DNA of 64,000 bases, from positions 22,413-86,412 of the forward strand of contig JBHLMN010000024.1 of assembly GCA_048938105.1 (NCBI GenBank). The letters run 5' to 3'. This DNA is from Promethearchaeota archaeon (GTDB lineage: Archaea; Asgardarchaeota; Heimdallarchaeia; Hodarchaeales; Hodarchaeaceae). Below, in pieces: positions 21,235 through 33,100 of this stretch. The position numbers were made by a program, and so were the translations under genes. Position 1 is the stretch's first letter. Every line of letters starts with the position of its first letter. The notes beneath the pieces were generated by a model that was not told the DNA's origin, did no database searches, and saw only the letters and a list, made by a program, of their open reading frames with translations.

Positions 21235-22236
21235 TTGAAGTTGAGTTTTATGAGTGAACTTTTACCTGAGATCCATCAATATAAAAAAATTATGGCGAAT
21301 TTGGACAAATCTTTTGTTGAAAAGGTTTTGAACTTTCTATCGGATGAAAATATCAAACATAAGGGGGGAGATTGGCTATACAAAACTATTCACGCTAATA
21401 CTGGCTGGGATTTCGTGTATTACTTCCCCAAACTTGCGATGATAATAAGAGATGATAAAACCATATTAAAAGTAATCAAAATTTTGTTAGAGAAGAAATC
21501 CTTTCCATCAAAGTTAAGGTTTTTTGCATATTACTTGCTTTACTCATTTCATCGGAATAACAAGGATTATTCAAAAGCAAAACAATTAGTAACAACCTAT
21601 TTTGGGGAATTTCAAAATGAACCATTATTTCATGTAACTAGGGCAACCATTTTATTTTCCTCAACTGATCCTGACGAGTTAGAACAAGCTATAAGCATAA
21701 GCCTGGAATTAATTCATCATGAAGCCTTTCAGGAGAATGTAGGCATTTATCAGACTTTTGCAAATGCGGTCATTCTTGGAATTGAACATGAAGTCGATTT
21801 AATTATTTCCAATAAATCTAAATATATGAACCAAGCATTAAAGCTGATTCAGAAAGCACTTACTCAGAAAAAATATGCTAAGTATTATTTCACCCTTGGA
21901 ATATTATTTTTTTATTCAGGTCAAGAAACCAAGAATATAACTAGTTTTAGGAAAGCTAAGCGAGCTATTCAACGAGCGATTGATGTAGAAGATTCCACTC
22001 GCAAAGATTATCCTTTGCGTTTGCTCGAATATCACAGCTATCTCGCGAGAATCGAAATGTACTCTGATTATCTCAGAATACATCATTCCCTCCAAGAATT
22101 CTCGATCACTCTCAAAGAAAATGTGCTAGAACTTGCTCAACAAATTTCAACACAATTTGGAATATCCGTAAGTGATTATATTGAAAATTTGGTAAAGATC
22201 GATACTGAACATCATCAGAGACATCATCAGCTTTGA
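21235..22236 (+). CDS. TPR-like helical repeat protein with C-terminal RHH-like domain
   Basis: Helical repeats (AKYYFTLG, AIQRAI); C-terminal FSITLKENVLELAQQISTQFGISVSDYIENLVK. Confidence 0.6.
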   Translation: MKLSFMSELLPEIHQYKKIMANLDKSFVEKVLNFLSDENIKHKGGDWLYKTIHANTGWDFVYYFPKLAMIIRDDKTILKVIKILLEKKSFPSKLRFFAYYLLYSFHRNNKDYSKAKQLVTTYFGEFQNEPLFHVTRATILFSSTDPDELEQAISISLELIHHEAFQENVGIYQTFANAVILGIEHEVDLIISNKSKYMNQALKLIQKALTQKKYAKYYFTLGILFFYSGQETKNITSFRKAKRAIQRAIDVEDSTRKDYPLRLLEYHSYLARIEMYSDYLRIHHSLQEFSITLKENVLELAQQISTQFGISVSDYIENLVKIDTEHHQRHHQL

Positions 22237-22439
22237 TTTGGTTCAGAAAAACTGGCACCAGATCGTTTAAAATTCTCATAGTAGATTAGACTACGCCTTA
22301 TCGCATCTTCAACAAATTTTTTTTTGTCATTATTAAAATAGTTGCCAAGATCTGGATATTTGGTAAAAAGAGTCTCGATTGCAGCAGCCAATCCGTCATC
22401 TATCCGAGGTCTAAACTTTTTATCTTGAATTTGGCTCAT
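22227..22439 (-). CDS. Ribbon-helix-helix DNA-binding protein
   Basis: FRPRIDDGLAAAIE...KKFVEDAIRR; 70 aa; GGTGAGG SD upstream. Confidence 0.7.
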   Translation of the reverse strand: MSQIQDKKFRPRIDDGLAAAIETLFTKYPDLGNYFNNDKKKFVEDAIRRSLIYYENFKRSGASFSEPNQS

Positions 22440-22483
22440 TACCTCACCTAAATCTGATTAGATTCTGTTTCCACTTTCTATAG

Positions 22484-22563
22484 ATGGGCTATATAAGGGA
22501 TATGAAATCCCGAGAATGGGATATGTTTATATAATGGGATAACCAATCCCATAAATGGGATAT
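22484..22563. promoter_or_regulatory. Divergent promoter with repeated GGGAT-N5-ATCCC operator palindromes
   Basis: GGGATatgaaATCCC 22497-22511; ATGGGATaaccaATCCCAT 22534-22552; half sites at 22484, 22516, 22555; TATA-like TTTATATA 22526-22533 and CTTATATAG on - strand 22489-22497. Confidence 0.65.
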
Positions 22564-22654
22564 CTTTGGGTTGATATGTGATCTTTCTCACTAAAACAAC
22601 TCATGTATTGTCCTAAAAACGAATATTAGCATCTTAATAGGAGAAATAGAATTT

Positions 22655-23950
22655 ATGGCACAATCAAAAGCAAATATCCCAAAAGCAATATTTCAGGCAC
22701 AAAAATTAGTCCAAGATGCGCGGTTGTATGATCATCAAGACCAATACCAGAAAGCAATTACTTATTACATGCATGCAACCAAAATATTCTTAGTACTACT
22801 GAAACGATACCCTCAGATACCCCTCCATAAGCAGCATGCTCAAGAGGTTCGACTGTGTCTGCAACGGGTACAACAACTTAAACCAATTTTAATGAATTCC
22901 ACACAATCAGCCAATCATCCCAAGACAGTACATATCAAATCAAAAGATGACCAAGAGTATGCTGAATTACGTGAGCGTATCCTTAGATGTCGGATCACTC
23001 CTAATCCTAGTCTCTCATGGGATGATATAATTGGTCTCGAAGAAGTTATCCACCAGATTCAGGAAACAGTCTTAGTCCCTCTTCAGCATCCCGAAATCTG
23101 GGAGAGTAGTATCAAACCATCCAGATCAATTCTCTTATTTGGGCCGCCTGGATGTGGGAAAACAAACTTAATTCGGGTACTAGCGGCAGAAATTGCCCCT
23201 ATACCTATCTTCAGTCCTCCAGCTGGGATTCTATTATCAAAATGGCATGGGGAAAGCCAGAAAATGATCCGGGCGTTGTATGAAACAGCTTGGGAACATG
23301 CCCCCTCGATCATTTTCATTGATGAATTTGATGGCATCTTTGGGTCAACCAACAATTCCCGAAGAAGAAATGGGGATTCAGAGGCATCTAGAATAACCAT
23401 TCAGATCCAAAAGGAGCTACAACAGTTTATGGATGGATTATACACCCCTTCGAGGAATGAAACAGTGACTATTGTCGCCACAAACTTCCCCCAGCGGTTA
23501 CAACTTGCTCAATTACGTCGTTTCGATAGGATTCTGTATATTCCACCCCCGTCTCCTTCCGCGATTGTCAAGATTCTTCAGCATTACTTTCGAAAAGTAT
23601 CTCATAATCTTGACGGCAATCTTCAATGGTTAGCACATCATGTTGTAAATAGGTATACCCCTGATGAAATACAAAAAATTTGTACTGGAGCCTATTATCA
23701 GGCACTTAGTAGGTCAGACAAGACTAAGCTCCCCCCACAAGTAACTTTGAAGGACGTTGCGCATTGTAAGGTAAGATTAAAACCTTTACTTCGATTTAAA
23801 GAAACTATTGGGGTGAGTACAATATTGTTTAGGATATGGAATGAGACCTTTGGGAGACCACCAATTGAATATCCAATGCAGCCTTGGGAAGAAGAAGATG
23901 TAAACCCCACTTTGTTGCTTAATCTGCAAAAGGCTCGAGAAAATCGCTAG
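22655..23950 (+). CDS. MIT-domain Vps4-like AAA+ ATPase
   Basis: N-terminal MIT helices (A..YD....YQKAITYY); GPPGCGKT, SKWHGESQK pore loop, IIFIDEFD, ATN.P, RRFDRILYIPPP, C-terminal WNETFG. Confidence 0.88.
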   Translation: MAQSKANIPKAIFQAQKLVQDARLYDHQDQYQKAITYYMHATKIFLVLLKRYPQIPLHKQHAQEVRLCLQRVQQLKPILMNSTQSANHPKTVHIKSKDDQEYAELRERILRCRITPNPSLSWDDIIGLEEVIHQIQETVLVPLQHPEIWESSIKPSRSILLFGPPGCGKTNLIRVLAAEIAPIPIFSPPAGILLSKWHGESQKMIRALYETAWEHAPSIIFIDEFDGIFGSTNNSRRRNGDSEASRITIQIQKELQQFMDGLYTPSRNETVTIVATNFPQRLQLAQLRRFDRILYIPPPSPSAIVKILQHYFRKVSHNLDGNLQWLAHHVVNRYTPDEIQKICTGAYYQALSRSDKTKLPPQVTLKDVAHCKVRLKPLLRFKETIGVSTILFRIWNETFGRPPIEYPMQPWEEEDVNPTLLLNLQKARENR

Positions 23951-23961
23951 GGGGAAGGGGA

Positions 23962-26900
23962 ATGTCTACACAGGAAGATCACGATGTTATTCTTGCTCAA
24001 CAAGAAGAAGAAAAGATAGAAGAAGAGGTGGAAGATAATGAAGAAGAAACTAACCTTGAAGAGGATCCTTCAGAGATTGATATTGATGAGGTGGCTCCAA
24101 GAATAGAAGTGGAGGAGCTGCTTGCAGAGCATGAAATGCTTGAACAAGAGTTCGAGGAATTTTTACCTCCTGATACTATTCTTACTTCTGAAGAGGAAGG
24201 AACGGAAGTAGAAGACTTTGATGAGGACATTGATGATAATTCAGCGGATACTATATGTATAGGCCAAGATACATTGGTTCTAGAGGCAAAATTTGAGGTT
24301 CAAGAGGCGGAGGACGAGGAGCTAGAGACTTATGAACTAATAGAAACTGAGCAGGAAATCCAAGACGAAGAGCCAGATTCGTCAGACCAACAAGAAGTGG
24401 ACATAAGTCTCGGGAATGACATTTGTGGAGAGGTTGAGGAAGATTCATCAATTTTAGAGGAAGATCAGGAAATTGAGTTTTCCAACATCAATCAAAATAT
24501 AGAGGAACTGCCAATTGAAGTAGAAGAAGCTGAATTAGAAATACATCAATTGGAAGAAGAGCTAGAAGAAGAGCTGATAACAGAATAGGTCAAGGTTATT
24601 GAAGATGAAGGGATCGAGGAATTTGAGGACATAAAACATCTAGAAGAAAGTCAGATAGAAGAAAATGATAATTTTGGTGATACAGATTGGGAATATGAAA
24701 CATTAGAGGAGCAAGATCTTTGTAATCAGGAAACACTGGATAGTGATACCACAAATTCTACTTCAATTGAAGCAATGGAACACGAAGAAACGAAAATTGA
24801 TCAGGAATTAGAAGAAAATCCATTAATTACTCTTGAATACCCGTTTGCTGAAGAATTAAAAGAGCAAGATAAATATACGCAAGAAATAACATGTGATCAG
24901 GAATTTGAGGAAATATCCATTAATGAACTTGAAAATCAAACTGAAGACGGTAGTGAGGAACTAGAAGAGCTGGAAAAAACAATTGAAATAGATGAGAACG
25001 TTGCAACACTTGAAACAGTCGAAATCACAAATGATGTGCAACCAGAAGATGAGAAACAATCTCAACAATCTATTACACTGACAAAAGGGCATACACTAAG
25101 TGATATTGGGAAAACTTCAATCCAGCAATTATTCAATATACTCAATAATCGATCTATAGAAACAAAGTATTCTGAGGATGTTCTTAAACCGCGATCCTTT
25201 ACTCTGACAATCAAAGATGAGGATTTTCACGATTTTTCTCTTAATTCACTAGATACCGAAATAAGCACCTTAGAGAAAATGTTGAAAGAAGTTGAATCAC
25301 CACGCTTGTTAACCCAATTTCATCCACAGATAGAGGATGATGTAAAGCAATCTCTTGAGGTTCAAACGTTTCAAAGTATTCATGAACATGATAGTTCATT
25401 AGAACTTGTTTCTCAAGGCCCCTCACTTCCCGAACCGCCTCCATATGATTTTCAAGCTGAATTGGACGAACTAGAGGAAGAACAGGATAGTTTAACAAGA
25501 GAACAACTTCTAAAATCGTTTGAAAGGGCGCAATGGACACAAATGACTGCTAATTTAGATTTAGCAAAGCAGAAATTATCTTTCATAAAAGCATACACAT
25601 CACATACTCCAAAAGCAGACCCTCCTCAAAAAATGACACAGACCTTTCAGAACAAGCAGATCTCCCGAAATAAAGCAGATACAGAAGAACAGATCAAAAA
25701 AGAAAAAACTGAATCAAATTTAGAGAAAAAAAATTATTTTAAACCTCTAGAAGAAACACTAATAGAACAAAATATTGAAAGGAAAAGACAATCGATAATA
25801 CAAACTGGGTATAAAGCCATAAAAACTGGAAAACATTCAGATTTGAGAGTGTTTGCAAGAAAGTGGAATGAACACATAACCAGAGGAGGAAGGCCAACAA
25901 CTAAAATGTGGGAAATGTATAACAAGATACAGGAGAAGTACGATAAACCAATAGTCTTATACAAAGAAAGTGGAAATAATACCTATCGAATGAGCATATG
26001 TGGAAAATTATTTTCTCAATTAGATTCAGGTAACATATCAGCGAGACAAATTAACAAAATATTTGAATATTGGCAAATTCAAAGTGATATGAAAAAGGGA
26101 ATTAAACCTTTTTTGGAAGTAACAATAAAAAATCCCACAACTGGAAAAACGGATACGTTTTGGATTCCAAATTCTAAACAAAAGGCATGGAACCCATATA
26201 AAGCAAAGAATCGTGAGTTTTTCAATATTCGTAGTTCTTCTTGGGCTAAAATCACAGAATTCCTAGCAACTAAGATTCAATTAAATGAGAAGGACATAAA
26301 ATTATATAATGAGATTGAGAAATCTCTTAGAAAAAGATACCCAAAACTGGGGATTCAAACAGTTAATGGACCTTTTACGACTTTGGGGAATCAAAAAGTA
26401 CTGTTTAAAAATATATATAAGTTGAATTACCCAAAAGACGTTATAGATGAAGCAATTAAACTAGCTTTTTGGAAATACGCTGGTACTCATGCTTATAATG
26501 ATACAAACACTGTTACTTCAAGAAAAGAAATTACACAGATGAGAATAGAATTCTCTAATTTTGGAAATTCAATTCAAAAAAACAAGATAACTCAAAGAAT
26601 ATACAACTTGAGTGTGGACGGTTCAGTCTCACATCAGAATTGGACTGATGATCTCGAATCATCAATTAAAAGTTTAGATCCAAATTTTATTATATATGAA
26701 AATGTTAATGGCGAGATTAATGGAATATCTGCCCCACATCTAGTCAGAAAGTTCAAGGATTTATTATTCTTTAAAGATAAGTATTCTGTAAAGAGTGCTG
26801 GTAGAATGTTCAATAATCTGATAGCATTAGCAGATTACGAACCACCATTAAATTTAGGTACTTATTATTGGAAAAAATTGTTTCCTAAAAATACTGATCT

Positions 26901-28380
26901 TCATCAATTAGGAATTCCAGAAGCTTATCAAACAACGTTTATATATCGTGATACAACCTCATCGGGGGCAGTTGGTAGGGCAAGATGGATGAATGACTTT
27001 CGAAATGAATTTTTGATGCCATTAACTGATTGGCTTAAAGTTTCCGAACTAAAAGACTTTTCTAAGCAAATTACCATTCAAAATCCTAGTACAGGAAAGA
27101 AATATAGAAAACGGTTCAATAATTTGAGTGCATATTTGAAATTTCAAGCAGGACTTGGTGAATGGAAAGATGAAAGATGGCAAGGTGTGTATAATAAAAT
27201 ATACGTTCTAAAATATGATCTTGAGCACATTTTGGCTATTACTAAATATGTCAGTGAATCAGTTCAGTTACCTGGAAGAGATAATAGAACTGGAAAAGAT
27301 AAGGAGAAGTTATTGGAATTCTTTCAAACGACTAATGCGGTAAAAATCATAAATATTGTACCTGAATCTAAAAATTTCAAATTCATTGTAAGTTTGAGTT
27401 CTAGAAAACAAGCATTAATGAAATTCTATAATAATCTTACTAAAAATAGTTCAGTTGGGGCAAAAATTGTCCAAGCACACCTTACATCTGTTCTGGAGAG
27501 TTGCATACCATTAACTATAGATCCATGGACAATACAAAAAGCAGTAAATCACAAACACTTAATAAAGGCACCTGAAAGTCTTGCGGAATTATTAACTGAA
27601 GAAGGTGACGGCCCGATAAATCCATTCTGTTCTGGCCTTTTTATGGATTCGAATTTTAGAGAAATTTGTAATACCGTTCATGATATCAATTTTAACATGA
27701 AATTTCTTCAGTATCCTAATACTGAGAGAGATTATATCATAACCCAATCAATGAAATCAAGGAAAATGGCTGATACTTATGGAGAATCTTTTACTGCAGC
27801 AAGTATTCCTGATGTTGTAACAAGTTATCAAAAAAATAGTGGTTCTACCGAATTGTTATTTATAAAAGTTGTAAGTAATAATATTTTTAATCATTTAGAA
27901 TCTGATATTAGTGAAATATTAAAGACTAATTATGATTCAAAAGATCCTTTTCGAATTTTCACTGCATTAGTTTTTTTAAAATCAGATCTGAATACTCTCC
28001 CACTGAATTCTACAAAATACAATGAATTAATGCTTCTACTTCAAAATCAAAATGCAGATGGATTAATTAATATTGAAATACCAGATTTACAAACAAAAGG
28101 ATTAAATCGTTTTGGTGAAATATGGGCATCTCTCAAAAATGAATACATAACAAATGAAATATATGAGGAATCCAGAAATGAATTTTTGAAAGATCCTGAT
28201 TCCTTTAAAAATCAATTAATCGAGGAAGTAATGAAAAAAATCAATAGTTTCCAAAAACTCAATCCTGTTGACCGTAAAACGGTAGAAGAAGGGCTTGAAA
28301 TAATAGATTTTGAAGCAACTACAAGAACAGAGTTTATTATGAACACTCTAATGAATTATTTCAGTCTTGCTTTACTTTGA
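23962..28380 (+). CDS. Giant protein (~1470 codons) with Glu/Asp-rich N-terminus and unique basic C-terminal region, interrupted by one in-frame TAG at 24586-24588
   Basis: ORFs 23962..24588 and 24775..28380 are in the same frame; the gap translates without stops as more acidic sequence (VKVIEDEGIEEFEDIK...). Confidence 0.7.
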
Positions 28381-28498
28381 ATAAAAGGGAGAGAAGTAGT
28401 TTATATATACCAATCAATAAATAGATACATTAATTTCTTATTTGTATATTATTTTCATAAGCGAAAATAAAGAGAATTGAACAACTGGAGGAACGAAA

Positions 28499-29680
28499 AT
28501 GGAATTAACCCCCGAAGAGCAAGATATGGCTGCTGGGAAGTATGGAAAGGCTACACAAACAGCGATGGAAATATTAGTCTCACTTGGCGAGATTTATGGA
28601 GCTAAACGAATGATAGACATAACTTCGGTTCAAATTGCTGGTGTAAGTTATGCAAACTTAAATGAACCTGGCCTAGAATGGTTGGAAGAAATGGCTGAAG
28701 ATGGAAAAGTACGGGTATTTACCACACTTAATCCAGCAGGTATGGATCTTGAAGAATGGAAAAAATTAGCCATCAGTGAGGAGTTTGCTGAAAATCAAAT
28801 CCGGGTAGTAGAAGCATTCGGAAAATTAGGAGTTATAACAACTTGCAGCTGTACTCCATATCTTTACGGGAATCTACCTCATTTTGGCCAACACATTGCT
28901 TGGTCTGAGAGTAGTGCTGTGTGTTATGCAAACTCAGTATTAGGTGCACGAACGAATCGAGAAGGTGGACCAAGTGCTCTTAGTGCAGCTCTTGTCGGAA
29001 GAACACCTGAATATGGTTTTCACTTAGATGAAAACAGAAAACCAGAAGTAAAAGTAGATGTGAAAACAAAACTTGAAGGAACATTTCAATTTGGAGCTTT
29101 AGGAAAAGTCTTAGGGGATCGTCTCGGTAAAAAGATTTCTTATATTACCGGAATTCCCAAAGCTTCGGTTGAGGAGCTAAAATCATTTTGTGCATCATAT
29201 GCAACATATGGGGGAGTAGCATTATTCCATATGGAAGGCATTACGCCTGATCGAGTTGACACAATTCCTTCTGAAACCACAGAAGTCACTGAAGATGATA
29301 TGAAAAGCGCTATTGCAGATCTTACTGAAGATACAGAGATTGATTTCATAAGTTTAGGATGTCCACATGCTTCTCTAGCGGAATTGGAATATATTGCTAA
29401 AAAATTAGAGAATAAGAAAGTTAATCCTAACAAAGAGATATGGATAACAACAGCTCGACCTACTAAACAAATCGCAGATCGTATGGGTTTTACTAAAATG
29501 ATTGAAGATTCCGGAGCAAAAGTTGCTGCAGATACCTGCTGTGTTGTAGCTCCCATTAAAGGACGATTCCATGGATTAGCATCAGACTCAGCTAAAATGT
29601 GCTATTATGGATCTGGTAGGAATAAATTCTCAGTCAAACTGATGTCAGTAGATGAATGTATAGAGGAGGCCTTAAAATGA
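28499..29680 (+). CDS. Aconitase X catalytic subunit (phosphomevalonate dehydratase large subunit)
   Basis: TLNP, CSCTPY, WSESSAVCYANSVLGARTNREGG, GCPH, DTC; MVA operon context. Confidence 0.92.
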   Translation: MELTPEEQDMAAGKYGKATQTAMEILVSLGEIYGAKRMIDITSVQIAGVSYANLNEPGLEWLEEMAEDGKVRVFTTLNPAGMDLEEWKKLAISEEFAENQIRVVEAFGKLGVITTCSCTPYLYGNLPHFGQHIAWSESSAVCYANSVLGARTNREGGPSALSAALVGRTPEYGFHLDENRKPEVKVDVKTKLEGTFQFGALGKVLGDRLGKKISYITGIPKASVEELKSFCASYATYGGVALFHMEGITPDRVDTIPSETTEVTEDDMKSAIADLTEDTEIDFISLGCPHASLAELEYIAKKLENKKVNPNKEIWITTARPTKQIADRMGFTKMIEDSGAKVAADTCCVVAPIKGRFHGLASDSAKMCYYGSGRNKFSVKLMSVDECIEEALK

Positions 29681-30066
29681 AGCTAACAGGTAGAAAAATT
29701 TACCACGGAAAGACTGAAGGGGAAGCTCTAGTTACTAAAGACAGTATCTCGTTTTATGGCGGAGTAGACCCAGAAACAGGGATAGTAGTCGAAAAGGGTC
29801 ATGAATTAGAAGGTGTGAACACTACAGATAAAATACTTGTGTTTCCAACAGGTAAAGGGTCAACGGTTGGCTCCTATGTAATCTATCAAATGGCAAAAAC
29901 AGGAAAAGGGCCTAAAGCCCTTATCCTTCAAGAATGCGAAGCAATTGTAGCTGTTGGTTGCATAATCTCATCGATCCCTTGTGTGGATCAGATTGATGTA
30001 ACCCAGATCAAAACAGGAATGAATCTGACCGTGGATGGCGATAAAGGCGAAGTTGTGATAAAATAA
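29677..30066 (+). CDS. Aconitase X swivel subunit, DUF126 (phosphomevalonate dehydratase small subunit)
   Basis: ISFYGGVDPETG, GKGSTVGSY; ATGA overlap with the large subunit. Confidence 0.92.
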   Translation: MKLTGRKIYHGKTEGEALVTKDSISFYGGVDPETGIVVEKGHELEGVNTTDKILVFPTGKGSTVGSYVIYQMAKTGKGPKALILQECEAIVAVGCIISSIPCVDQIDVTQIKTGMNLTVDGDKGEVVIK

Positions 30067-30115
30067 TCTATAATAATCACTCTTTTTTTTTCGTATTATT
30101 TGTTTATTAAAGCCT

Positions 30116-33100
30116 TTAGCCCTTTTCTTCTTTATCACTCCATAATACATCTAACACCCGACAAATATCTATCAATCTCCAATTTTCATACGTTAGAGCT
30201 TTTCCTTTCATAAGACCCAGAGTACTTCTATTTGTTGATGGAAAAATATCTCGTAATATATTCTTAAAATCATCTGAATCAGAGAATTCTTTCATTAGTC
30301 TTATTACTTCGATGTATTTTGCGCTCTTGTTAATATTTTTGTGTTCAATTTCAATAATTTTGTTTTCCCAGAATGATAGCCTGTTCTCCCGAAACAACGC
30401 TTCTGGAATACTTGTCTTAAAGATCGAACGATTTAATAAATCATCATCCCACTTTCCTCTATATTTTGTCCCTATTAAAAGTCGCCTTAATCCCTCCGTT
30501 GTGAATATTTCAGTAATTTCATTAGGTCTTTTTATTTGTAAATCAAACTCCAAATTGTTTCTCTTTCTTGGATGGGTTTTTTTAAGCCCTATAAGGTTCA
30601 TCTCCTTTATATCAACTGATCTTTCAACAAATAAACACCTTAATTCTTGCAATTCTCTCATTCTAAATAAATAAATAGACGATTTACCAAGTAGAGCATT
30701 ATAATAAATACTTCCCCCTTGTCTCACTCCCTTTACGGGAATAAATGTTTTGGGATCATCTTGTGTAAAGCTCTTATTAAAACTTGTAATATTGGGATTG
30801 AAATGAAAAAATAGAAACATCCCAAATAAAGTTTGACCATGATTCATTTGATCCCAATTCAGTCCTTTTCTAGCATTTGAAATTAATAATTTAGAGGAAG
30901 GAGAAAAAGAACCCTTAACTCTCCTATTCGCTTTTTGTCTTTCTATTCTTACAGAGGGTCTTTTAATCTCCCATAACGTAGCTTTATAATCATAATCCCC
31001 ATAAGCTTCTGAAGATGGGGAAATTACCATCCCATCAACACCCTGACCGTGTTCTCCTCCCAAATATAAACCATATACATATGAAAACAACGAAATTTCT
31101 CGTGGTGTTCTAGAATGAAAAACAAAGTATTTTTTATTTGAATTTCTAGACATTACCTTTTTTTTTTGACCAGTGTTACCCCAATTTACGCTAGAACCTT
31201 TTTTAAACCATTTGGATGCCATAGCAACTGATTTTTCCTCTGGGAATCCAATAATTCTGAATAATGAATAAATTGTTGGAATATAAGCTGCCCTAAGTCT
31301 CAAGTCATTTGTCATCCTTTTATTCGAATGCCACTTCCTAAATAATTTGCTACCATGATTAACATCTTCAGGAGCAGCTGCATATTCAAAAACATTGATT
31401 TTTAATTGGTTAATATTCCGTAATGTGTCAATTGGGTTATTGAAATATAATCTTGCACTTTCAGGGAAAACATCTTTTGAAATTCTAGGAATTCCACTGA
31501 GTTCTCTAGACCTCCACCGTTCACCTACATCAATCTGTGTGGTTAAATTGTTAAAAGAACATAAAAACATCGATGTTAATGTGACTGTTTTCATCAATAT
31601 ATCTGTGTGTGCTGATTCAGGAAAATGGTTTAATGGTTTACTTGGAGAGAGCCATAAATTTCTTCCAATATTATAAATCTCTTGAGTAATAGCCAAAAAT
31701 CTTGGATCATTTGCATCCATCAGATAATCGACAGCTAAAGATGCAATGCGTGATACAACATTTACAGATAACTCTAAGTTAGCCTTTGATAAAGCATTTT
31801 TCTCTGCCTTTCCAAACTGTAGTGCACCTCTATCATGCCTTCCTTCAATATCTGCGAATAATTCACCAAATTTTGTTTTAATTTTTTCCCTCATATTTCG
31901 CCTATCTATTCTCCCATCAATTATCACGCTTGGTGGTTTAATATTTAAAACGTCAAGAAATCCACCCTTTTTTGTAATTTCTTTGATCTTTTCTTTCTCT
32001 AATAGTCTTATAAGATTAATCATTGAAAGAAATCTTTCAGTAGTTCTTATTTCCAATAATGAATCTGTTATTTCTTTGAATTTTGTAAAACTGAATGTCT
32101 CAAATACTTTATTGAGTAAATGATTATTAACAAAACTCTTGATTGACATATTGGGGGAGATATTGATGTTTGGTTGAATAAATTCATTATGATAAGAACT
32201 AAACTCTAAAGACTTTGAAAACTTATAAAGTGTTGATAAATTAGTATCAACGATAGAACGTATTCCTGTTGAACCTTTAGTTGTACCTATTAACACTTTA
32301 ATATCAATAAAAGGAGATTTAAGTATGTATTCTAATCTCTCTAGATATTTCTCATTTTCTAGCGTGAGTTTTCTTTGAGAATCAAAAACTCGAATCAACT
32401 CTGATCTAACATCGTTGTGAATTGGTGATAAAACACCATTAATTCCTAAATCTTCCAAACTAGTTATTACTTCGCCAATTGAAGATTTTTCTGTATCCAC
32501 CAAAAGAAACAATCGAATGATATCATATTCCCTTTTAACCAGTTCATTTAATTCCCAATTTTTCAATAGATGAACATTGTCGATATGTCTTTCTCTTCTC
32601 ACTGATATCATTGTTAAAGCTTCATTGATATTCTTGGTTGCCTCATCTATAAGGTTGAAAGTCTGTTGAAAACTCATCAGATCATTATTTTCAAGATCTT
32701 CGTAGAAGTTAACACTAAATTTGTTGTTAAATTCTTTTTCTCTTAATACAACCTCTATTGCAATTCTTTTTGATCTATTTACACTCTTTGAGTCGGAATT
32801 CGTGAGTTTTGTGAACAGTTGTCCTTCAAGACTCTCCATGTCATTAAAATTAAAGAAGAGCGTCTTTACGGAATCTTCTCTTGATTGATTCTTTTGTAAT
32901 AGCTTAAACAACTGTTGATCTTTGTTTTTCATTTTGATTTTCTGTTCTTTTTCAAGTTGTTCAACAGATTTCTCGTTAGCAGCTTGTTGTGAATTTTCAA
33001 GTGACACAAGTTGTTGTAGTGTTCTTTCCTTTATGGACTCTTGGAACTGTGTTTCGTTTTCAGCAGACACGGGCTGTTGGGATATGTGGTTAGAACGTTC

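Noticed and set aside
24586-24588. Pyrrolysine decoding of the in-frame TAG
   Set aside because: No pyl genes in the window, many genes here end in TAG, and the context is low-complexity; unsupported.
25435-25446. PPPY as a viral-type Nedd4/WW late domain
   Set aside because: A four-residue motif with no evidence of WW-domain partners or viral genes in the window.
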